NCBI GenBank assembly: GCA_964474935.1
Contig: CAYYUT010000065.1
Span: 1-10,708, forward strand
Reading direction: 5' to 3'
DNA from: an uncultured Spirochaetales bacterium
GTDB taxonomy: Bacteria; Myxococcota_A; UBA9160; JAFDDA01
Length of the DNA stretch: 10,708 nt
Each line of letters opens with the position of its first letter. Positions within the stretch are counted from its first letter, which is position 1. Below the pieces are notes generated by a model. That model ran no database searches and was not told the DNA's origin. It worked only from the letters and a program-made list of their open reading frames with translations. Shown here piece after piece: positions 1 through 6,083 of this stretch. The translations under genes and the position numbers were made by a program.

Positions 1-1490
1 AGACCGAGGTCCACACCCCGGCGGAAGCCACCGAGAACTTCGATCTGATCACCAACGAGAAGGGCGCATCGGTGGTGCGGATGCTGGAGCGCTATCTCGG
101 CGCGAACCGCTTCCGCAAGGGGGTGCGCCGCTACATCCGGAAGCATCGGCTCGGGAATACCGTGGCGGCCGACCTGTGGAACGCGCTCTCGGAGGCCTCG
201 GGCGAAGAGGTCGAGCCGGTGGTGCGGGCCTGGATCGAACAGAGCGGTTTCCCGGTGGTGTCCCTGACCCGCAAACGGGGCCGCGGCGGACCGCGCATCC
301 GGGTACGCCAGGAGCGCTTCCACGCCCGCAAGCCGCGGCGCCGTGTGCGCCAGCGCCCGTGGCCCGTCCCGTTGGTGCTTCGGATCCAGGGAGCGCGAGG
401 CCGGGCGACGCGGATCGAGCGCAAGCTCGTCACGGGGGCGCGAGACGAGGTGGTTCTCGCGCGCGCTGCGCCGGGCTTCGTCCATGGGAACGCGGACGCT
501 GGCGGCTTCTACCGCACCCTGCACGAGCCCGCCGAGCTCTCGGCCCTGGCGGCCGGGCTCGATGCGCTGACACCGCTCGAACGGATGGCGCTCATCGGCG
601 ACCAGTTCGCGCTGCTCCGCGCGGGCCGTGCTCCGCTCGCCGCCTTCCTCGAGCTGGCGGCCGCCTACGGAGGCCAGACCGACCCCGACGTGCTCGTGGC
701 GGTCCGCGGTCCGCTCGCCACCCTGTCCGAACGGCTCGGCCCGGCGGTGGGCGACGAGGTCGAGGCGGTGCTCCGCAGCTGGATGGTGCGCCAGTTCGGC
801 GACCAGATCCTCGCGCTCGGCTGGGAACCCGAGCGGGGCGAGGACGAGGCCACGCGCGTGCGACGGAGCGTGGTGGTGGAGATCCTCGGATCGCTGGCCG
901 AGTGGGAGGCGGTGGTGGACTCGGCGCGCGAGCGCTGCGAGGCCTATCTCGACGATCGCCGCTCGCTCGAGCCGAATCTGGCCGACCCGGTGGTCGCGAT
1001 CGCGGCGCGAAACGGCGACGGCAAGCTCTACCGGCGGTTCCAGGCGGCGGCCCGGGAGGCCGCGACACCCCAGGAGCGACGCCGCTTCCTGATGGCGCTC
1101 GGGGCCTTCCGCGACCGGAAGCTCGTAGCGACGACCCTCGAGGCGTCCCTCGGAAACGAGATCCCCACCCAGGACGTGGCCATCCTGATCGCTCGCATGC
1201 TCGCGAACCGCAGCGCGCGCGACGCCACCTGGCGCTTCGTGAAGCGGCACTGGACGGCGCTGCGCGAGCGGATGCCGCCCATGCTCGTCACCCGCGTCAT
1301 CGATGCGCTCCCGGAGCTCGGGGGCAGGGCGAACCGCCGGGACGTCGCGGCCTTCTTCAAACGCCACCCGGTGCCGACCGGCGCACGCGCCCTCGTCCAG
1401 GCCCTCGAACGCTTCGACATCGACGAGGCCTTCCAGCGCAAGGCGGGACCAGAGCTCCGGCGTTGGGCGCGCCTCGAGACCGGAAGCTAG
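1..1490 (+). CDS. pepN: M1-family zinc aminopeptidase (aminopeptidase N-like), C-terminal ~496 aa; 5' end lies outside the window
   Basis: The frame is open from nt 3. Its translation (TEVHTPAEATENFDLITNEKGASVVRMLERYLGANRFRKG...) matches the conserved 'FDxI(S/T)YxKGAxVLRML' segment that follows the catalytic domain of M1 peptidases. An ERAP1_C-like, Leu/Ala-rich helical C-terminal domain follows, up to the stop TAG at 1488-1490. The HExxH-(18)-E motif would lie upstream of the window. The pepN symbol is a family-level guess. Confidence 0.88.
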   Translation, partial: TEVHTPAEATENFDLITNEKGASVVRMLERYLGANRFRKGVRRYIRKHRLGNTVAADLWNALSEASGEEVEPVVRAWIEQSGFPVVSLTRKRGRGGPRIRVRQERFHARKPRRRVRQRPWPVPLVLRIQGARGRATRIERKLVTGARDEVVLARAAPGFVHGNADAGGFYRTLHEPAELSALAAGLDALTPLERMALIGDQFALLRAGRAPLAAFLELAAAYGGQTDPDVLVAVRGPLATLSERLGPAVGDEVEAVLRSWMVRQFGDQILALGWEPERGEDEATRVRRSVVVEILGSLAEWEAVVDSARERCEAYLDDRRSLEPNLADPVVAIAARNGDGKLYRRFQAAAREAATPQERRRFLMALGAFRDRKLVATTLEASLGNEIPTQDVAILIARMLANRSARDATWRFVKRHWTALRERMPPMLVTRVIDALPELGGRANRRDVAAFFKRHPVPTGARALVQALERFDIDEAFQRKAGPELRRWARLETGS

Positions 1491-2614
1491 TCGGTCCCCG
1501 CACCGCCCGGGCCGCCGTCCGGAGGAGGCGGCGGCGGCGGAGGCCCCTGGAACAGGGGCGCGAGCGCGGGCACCGCGCCGGCCGGCTGCCAGCCCGTGAG
1601 CCCCGCGGTCCAGACGAGGGTCTGCGGACCCACGCGCCCTCCGGCGATCGCCTCGGCCAGGGCCGCCTGCTCGACCGCGAAGCTCTGACCGTTCTCGGCG
1701 ACGTACCACGAGGGCAGCTGGGGCAGCGGCGGCGGACCCGCCGGGGCCGCGGTCGGCGCGCCCCCGCCCGGCACCGTCTGGGCGTAGGCCATCCCCATCC
1801 CGAGCCCCACGCCGGCGCCGGCCAGTCCGCCGGCCGGGTTGGCGGCGGCCACCGGGGTCGCGGCTCCGATCTGGAACTGCTGGTAGCGGGCCAGGTCGCC
1901 CACCACGTTCATGCCGGTCCGGGCGTCGAGCGCCTTCTCGACCTCGGGCGGAAGCGAGATGTTCACGATGTAGAGCTGGGGCAGGTCGAGCCCGAACTCG
2001 TCGTCGATCTTGGACACCACCCGCTTGCGCAGCTCTTCGGACAGGGCGCGGTAGTTCTCGGCCAGGTCGAGGGCCGCCACGTCGGCGCTCGCCACGAGCT
2101 CGGCGAAGGCGTGGTTGATGATCGACCGGATCAGCTCGCTGATCTCGTCGGTCTCGAACGACGAGTCGGCGCCGACCAGCTCGTTCAGCAGCGCGCGGGG
2201 ATCGATCGCCCGCAGCGTGTAGGTCCCGAACGCCCGCAGCCGGATCGGTCCGAAGTCGACGTCGCGCATCATCACCGGGTTGGGCGTACCCCACTTCAGA
2301 TCGGCGATCTGGCGCGTGCTGGTGAAGTAGACCTCGGCCTTGAAGGGGCTGTCGAAGCCGTACTTCCAGCCGGCCAGCGTGCTCAGCACCGGGAGGTTCT
2401 TCGTCTCGAGTCGGTACTGACCGGGGCCGAAGACGTCGGCCACCCGGCCCTCGCGCACGAAGATCGCCTGCTGACCCGGCCGCACGATGAGCTGGGCACC
2501 GTATTTGATCTGGTTGTGGTACCGCGGGAAACGCCAGACGAGGGTGTGGCGGCTGTCGTCGATCCATTCGACGACATCGATCAGCTCACCGCGCAGTTTG
2601 TCCATGAAGCCCAT
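1487..2614 (-). CDS. SPFH/Band-7 family protein (Band_7_1/COG4260-like) with C-terminal GYF_2 (DUF4339-like) domain and Pro8 tail; 375 aa
   Basis: The ORF track extends to 2746, but the real start is the ATG at 2614 (MGFMDKLRGELIDVVEWIDDSRHTLVWRFPRYHNQIKYGAQLIVRPGQ...). It is preceded by GGAGG (+ strand 'cctcc' at ~2623-2627, 8-nt spacer). The N-terminal 250 aa match the Band_7_1 consensus (VWRFP...IKYGA.LIVRE.Q.A.F...G...D.FGPG.Y.L.T.N.P.L..L.GWKYGF.SPFKAEVYF). The C-terminus SWYVAENGQSFAVEQAALAEAIAGGRVGPQTLVWTAGLTGWQPAGAVPAL matches the GYF_2 consensus (WY...GQ..GP.....L.....G.I...TLVW..GM..W.PA..VP.L). It is followed by PPPPPPPP. Confidence 0.9.
   Translation of the reverse strand: MGFMDKLRGELIDVVEWIDDSRHTLVWRFPRYHNQIKYGAQLIVRPGQQAIFVREGRVADVFGPGQYRLETKNLPVLSTLAGWKYGFDSPFKAEVYFTSTRQIADLKWGTPNPVMMRDVDFGPIRLRAFGTYTLRAIDPRALLNELVGADSSFETDEISELIRSIINHAFAELVASADVAALDLAENYRALSEELRKRVVSKIDDEFGLDLPQLYIVNISLPPEVEKALDARTGMNVVGDLARYQQFQIGAATPVAAANPAGGLAGAGVGLGMGMAYAQTVPGGGAPTAAPAGPPPLPQLPSWYVAENGQSFAVEQAALAEAIAGGRVGPQTLVWTAGLTGWQPAGAVPALAPLFQGPPPPPPPPDGGPGGAGTD
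1520..1545. repeat. Short GGN/GGC trinucleotide tract (ggaggaggcggcggcggcggaggc) encoding the Pro8 run at the C-terminus of the SPFH-GYF protein
   Basis: Read directly from the sequence. (GGC)4 is flanked by GGA/GGC repeats; the reverse complement encodes PPPPPPPP. Confidence 0.8.
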
Positions 2615-2622
2615 GGGTCGAT

Positions 2623-2627
2623 CCTCC
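2623..2627 (-). promoter_or_regulatory. Shine-Dalgarno (GGAGG) for the SPFH gene, inside the 16-nt gap after the Zn-ribbon gene stop
   Basis: The reverse complement of 2615-2630 is accGGAGGatcgaccc, followed by ATG (2614). This supports the internal ATG as the true start rather than the upstream in-frame ATG at 2746, which overlaps the preceding gene. Confidence 0.7.
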
Positions 2628-2630
2628 GGT

Positions 2631-3482
2631 TCAGTCGAGTAGGGAGATGATGAGATCGAGCGCGCTGCGGCCGAACCCCCCAGCCCCTCGATTGGATTCG
2701 AGCCTGCCTGCGTGGGCGAGCCGGTGGAACTCGTGGGCCACGGCACGGGTCTTGCGTTCCTCGTCCCGCGTCGGTGTGGCGTCGCCTCCGTGGTCCACGA
2801 TGAAGCCCGCGATCTCTTCGAGCTCGTCGGCGTCGAGCCAGGTGCCGTGATCGTGACAGCGATCGATGATCACTCCCGAGCTGCGCCGGAAGTTCCGGCG
2901 ATGCATGAATGCCTCGCAGACGGGGCACTTTCGGTAGTGCACACCGCGGGCGACCGGGTTCCCGCCCACGCGCCGCGGCGCCAGCCGCTCCCGCTCCCCG
3001 GGCGTTCGCTTGCGCAACGAATCGACCGCCCGGTTCACCAGCGTCTCGAAGTGATCGCCGGGTACCCAGAGACCGTTGCAGGAGGGGCATTCGTTGGTTG
3101 GGAGCTCGCCGATCGAGCGGACCGGCATCAGACCGCCACAGCAGGGACACGGCAGCTCACGGCCCTCGACGAGCGGTTGGGGATCGAAGGCAACGCCGCA
3201 TGCCGTGCAGAAGCGCGAGTGCTCGGCGTTTCGCGCGAAGCACTCGGGGCAGATCGTCGATAGCGCCTCCTCGTCGCGAACCAGGCTCCCACCGCAGTAC
3301 GCACAGACCTCGGTGTCCCCCGTGACGCTGGCTCCGCACGACCCGCAGCGATGGATGGGCTTGTCGACGGGCGTCTGGGGTCGGTTCGCGATGGACGCCC
3401 CGCAGCTGCAGGCGACGAACTCCTGCACGACATGGGTCACGTCGTACTGCCGATGGCAGTCGGGGCAGGCGACGAGGCGCAC
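2631..3482 (-). CDS. Multi-zinc-ribbon protein (283 aa): three double-CxxC ribbons followed by two zf-TFIIB-like (PF13453-like) zinc-ribbon modules and an acidic/helical tail
   Basis: Cys pairs are CPDC..CSC, CGSC..CAYC and CPEC..CTAC. Two further modules match the zf-TFIIB pattern: CPCCGGLMPV...ECPSCNGLWV, and CPVCEAFMHRRNFRRSSGVIIDRCHDHGTWLDADELEEI, the latter with His in place of one Cys. The GTG start at 3482 directly abuts the pilT stop (TAG, 3483-3485). A GAGGGG SD-like sequence lies 7-12 nt upstream in the mRNA. There is no ATG until residue ~118, so the GTG start is likely. Confidence 0.8.
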   Translation of the reverse strand: MRLVACPDCHRQYDVTHVVQEFVACSCGASIANRPQTPVDKPIHRCGSCGASVTGDTEVCAYCGGSLVRDEEALSTICPECFARNAEHSRFCTACGVAFDPQPLVEGRELPCPCCGGLMPVRSIGELPTNECPSCNGLWVPGDHFETLVNRAVDSLRKRTPGERERLAPRRVGGNPVARGVHYRKCPVCEAFMHRRNFRRSSGVIIDRCHDHGTWLDADELEEIAGFIVDHGGDATPTRDEERKTRAVAHEFHRLAHAGRLESNRGAGGFGRSALDLIISLLD

Positions 3483-4547
3483 CTAGGCCCCTCGTACGAG
3501 CGGCTCGAAGCGCCCCTTGTCGTGCGCCTTCGACATCGCCTGCTGCGGATCGACCCGCCCTTCCTTGGCCAGCGCGAACAGGGCATCGTCCATGGCCTGC
3601 ATTCCAACGTTCCGGCCCGACTGGATCAGCGAAGTCAGCATCGGGGTGATCCCCTCGCGCACGAGGTTGGGCAGGCCGGAGGTCCGCAGCAGGATCTCGT
3701 GGACGGCGACCCGTCCCGCGCCGTCGGCCGTCGGCAGCAGCAGCTGCGACACCACGGCGGCCAACGAATCGGCCAGCGACATCCGCACCTGGGCCTGCTG
3801 CTCGGCCGGGAACGCGTCGATCACCCGGTCGATGGTCTTGGCCGCGCTGTTGGTGTGGAGGGTCCCGAATACGAGAGAACCCATCTCGGCCGCCGTGATG
3901 GCGAGCGAGATGGTCTCCGGGTCGCGCATCTCGCCCACCAGGATGATGTTCGCGTCCTGGCGCACGACGGCCCGGAGCGCACCGGCGAACCCGTCGGTGT
4001 GGGCGCCCACCTCGCGATGCGAGAAGACCGAGCCGCGGCTCTCGTGGACGAACTCGACGGGGTCCTCGATCGTGACGATGTGCTTGGCATGATCGCGGTT
4101 GACGCGGTCGATGATGGCCGCGAGGGTCGTGCTCTTGCCCGAACCCGTGGGCCCGGTGACGAGGACGAGCCCCTTCTCGAGATTCGCGAGCTCGGCGACC
4201 GCATCCGGCAGGCCCAGGTCCTCGGCGGGAATGATCTGTTCCGGGATGATCCGGAAGACGGCGCCGGCCCCGTTCTCCTGCATGAAGAAGTTGGCGCGAA
4301 AGCGTGCGATCCCCGGAAGCCCGTACGCGAAGTCGAGATCTCCCCCGGTCGCGAAACGGTCCCACTGATCGGGCTCGGCGATCTCTGCGAGCAGCGAACG
4401 GACCGCCTCGTCGCTGAGGAGCGCCTCTCCGTCGATCGGTTCGAGGGCACCCTTGGCCCGGATCCGCGGCTCGCGTCCGGCGGCCAGATGGAGGTCGCTG
4501 CCCTTCCTCTCCTTGAGCATCGTGAGCAAGCGATCGATCTCGGCCAT
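3483..4547 (-). CDS. pilT: Type IV pilus retraction ATPase PilT (354 aa)
   Basis: MAEIDRLLTMLKERKGSDLHLAAG... gives the PilT N-domain 'SDLHL' motif. Walker A is LVTGPTGSGKSTT and Walker B is VTIEDPVEF. The Asp box is ILVGEMRD and the His box is TLHT. The C-terminal GLPNLVREG is a diverged AIRNLIRE motif. The length is typical of PilT. ATG at 4547 is preceded by GGGAGG (10-nt spacer), which overlaps the stop of the upstream gene. Confidence 0.95.
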   Translation of the reverse strand: MAEIDRLLTMLKERKGSDLHLAAGREPRIRAKGALEPIDGEALLSDEAVRSLLAEIAEPDQWDRFATGGDLDFAYGLPGIARFRANFFMQENGAGAVFRIIPEQIIPAEDLGLPDAVAELANLEKGLVLVTGPTGSGKSTTLAAIIDRVNRDHAKHIVTIEDPVEFVHESRGSVFSHREVGAHTDGFAGALRAVVRQDANIILVGEMRDPETISLAITAAEMGSLVFGTLHTNSAAKTIDRVIDAFPAEQQAQVRMSLADSLAAVVSQLLLPTADGAGRVAVHEILLRTSGLPNLVREGITPMLTSLIQSGRNVGMQAMDDALFALAKEGRVDPQQAMSKAHDKGRFEPLVRGA

Positions 4548-4550
4548 CGG

Positions 4551-6083
4551 TCAGCGACCTCCCGCGAAACGCTTCGAATCGTTGGCGTGCAGCCGGGCTT
4601 CATCGGCGCTGATCGTCCCGGACCTCACCAGCTCGGTGAGCGAGTCGTCGAGCAGGCACATGCCCTGAGCCGCGCCGGTCTGGAGGATCGAGTGGATCTG
4701 GACCGTCTTGTTCTCGCGGATCAGGTTCCCGATGGCCTTGTTCACCACCATCACCTCGAGCGCGGGAACCCGGCCCGTTCCGTCCGCCTTCGACACCAGA
4801 CGTTGCGAGACCACCCCCCGGAGCGACTCGGACACCATGCTCCGGATCTGGCTCTGCTGGTTCGGCGGAAAGACGCCCACGAGCCGGTTGATCGTGCCGA
4901 TCGCGGAGTCGGTGTGGAGGGTCGCCAGGACGAAGTGGCCGGTCTCGGCGGCCGTGAGGGCCAGTGAGACCGTCTCGAGATCGCGGAGCTCGCCGATCCC
5001 GATCACGTCGGGATCCTCGCGGAGCGCCGCCCGAAGGGCGCGTGCGAACGATTCGGTGTGGCCCCCCACCTGGCGTTGGTTCACCAGGCAACGCTTCGAT
5101 GCGTGGAGGAACTCGATCGGGTCTTCGATCGTGATGATGTGATCGCTGCGGTCCTCGTTCACGATGTCGAGCAGGGCCGCCATGGTCGACGACTTGCCGC
5201 AGCCGGCCGGTCCGGTCACCAGCACCATTCCCTGATGGAAGCCCGTGAAACGCGCGAGCGTGCTGGGAAGACCGAGCTCCTCGAGGCCCGGGGGAGCGAT
5301 CGGGATGGCCCGGAACACCCCGTCGACGCCGTGCTGCTGTCGGTACACGTTGCACCGGAACCGGGCCACGCCGTCCAGGGTGTAGGCGAAGTCGATCTGG
5401 CCCTGCGTCTCGAGCTGCTCCCACTGCGCCGTCGAGAGCGCGTCCCGGAACATCGACTCACAGGCAGCGGCTTCGAGGGGAGCGTCTCCCGACGTCTCGA
5501 GCTTTCCATGACGACGCATCCGAAGTGCCGAACCGGCATGGATGTGGTGATGGCTGGCGCCGGCCTCGACGGCCTTGCGCAGCAGCCCGGCGAGCCGCTC
5601 CGAACGCTCGGCCGGGCGGCTCGCCGTAGACGCCGCGAGACCGGCGGGCGGGCTCGCTTCCGGGACGGCCCTCACGGACGCGTCCGGACTCCGTGGCGCG
5701 GCCGCGGGCGGCGACGACCCGGCAGCCACGGGGGATGGCGCGCGCGTCGCGCCCGCTCCGCCCGGCGGATCGGGCGGCGGGTTCGCGGGGCGCGCCGACT
5801 CGGGCCTCGCAGTCGGGTCGGGGGCCCGGGAAGCGCCCGCGGCGGCCGACCCCGAGGCGGACTCCGTGGCGCGGGACGCCCGCGACTTCACCAGCATGTC
5901 GCGCTGGATCTGGAGCAGCCGATCGAGCTGCTTCTGGGTGACCCAGCCGTGCTCCATCATGAGCTCGCCGAGCCGGTGCTCGGGCGGCTGATCCGCCAGC
6001 ACCTGCTCGAGCTGGTCCTTGCGGATGAGCTTGTAGTGGACGGCGAGTCGTCCGAGAAGCGGTGCGCGCGACAGGTCGGCCAT
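4551..6083 (-). CDS. PilT-family ATPase paralog with N-terminal MshEN/T2SSE_N-like domain (predicted c-di-GMP binding) and ~95-aa disordered Pro/Ala/Ser-rich linker (510 aa)
   Basis: The ORF track runs to 6851, but the in-frame ATG at 6083 (MADLSRAPLLGRLAVHYKLIRKDQLEQVLADQPPEHRLGELMMEHGWVTQKQLDRLLQIQ) has an AGGAAG SD 6 nt upstream. Sequence upstream of 6083 translates to Arg/Pro-rich junk. The N-terminus has two tandem 24-aa motifs matching the MshEN consensus RLGxxLLxxGxIxxxxLxxALxxQ. Then comes a low-complexity linker (ASGSAAAGASRAPDPTARPESARPANPPPDPPGG...). A full PilT core follows: GASHHHIHAG corresponds to 'SDLHL'. Walker A is LVTGPAGCGKSST, Walker B is ITIEDPIEF, the Asp box is IGIGELRD and the His box is TLHT. 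AIGNLIRENKTVQI is a near-canonical AIRNLIRE motif. Confidence 0.9.
   Translation of the reverse strand: MADLSRAPLLGRLAVHYKLIRKDQLEQVLADQPPEHRLGELMMEHGWVTQKQLDRLLQIQRDMLVKSRASRATESASGSAAAGASRAPDPTARPESARPANPPPDPPGGAGATRAPSPVAAGSSPPAAAPRSPDASVRAVPEASPPAGLAASTASRPAERSERLAGLLRKAVEAGASHHHIHAGSALRMRRHGKLETSGDAPLEAAACESMFRDALSTAQWEQLETQGQIDFAYTLDGVARFRCNVYRQQHGVDGVFRAIPIAPPGLEELGLPSTLARFTGFHQGMVLVTGPAGCGKSSTMAALLDIVNEDRSDHIITIEDPIEFLHASKRCLVNQRQVGGHTESFARALRAALREDPDVIGIGELRDLETVSLALTAAETGHFVLATLHTDSAIGTINRLVGVFPPNQQSQIRSMVSESLRGVVSQRLVSKADGTGRVPALEVMVVNKAIGNLIRENKTVQIHSILQTGAAQGMCLLDDSLTELVRSGTISADEARLHANDSKRFAGGR

Noticed and set aside
176-2650. 824-aa ORF on + strand spanning the aminopeptidase 3' half and the whole SPFH gene
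   Set aside because: Its translation is Arg/Gly/Pro/Ala-dominated low complexity (RRGRAGGAGLDRTERFPGG...) with no domain-like segments. It overlaps two genes that have clear conserved-domain signatures in other frames and strands. Stop-codon-poor antisense frames are expected at ~72% GC.
1487-2746. 44-aa N-terminal extension of the SPFH gene (MPWPTSSTGSPTQ...) starting at 2746
   Set aside because: It would overlap the last 116 nt of the upstream Zn-ribbon gene in another frame and has no SD. The ATG at 2614 has a perfect GGAGG 8 nt upstream and begins at the conserved family N-terminus MGFMDKL.
3351-4967. 538-aa + strand ORF and 402-aa / 260-aa - strand ORFs overlapping pilT
   Set aside because: They are antisense or alternate-frame shadows of the PilT genes, all Arg/Gly/Asp/His-rich. 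The PilT frames have unmistakable Walker A/B, Asp box and His box motifs.
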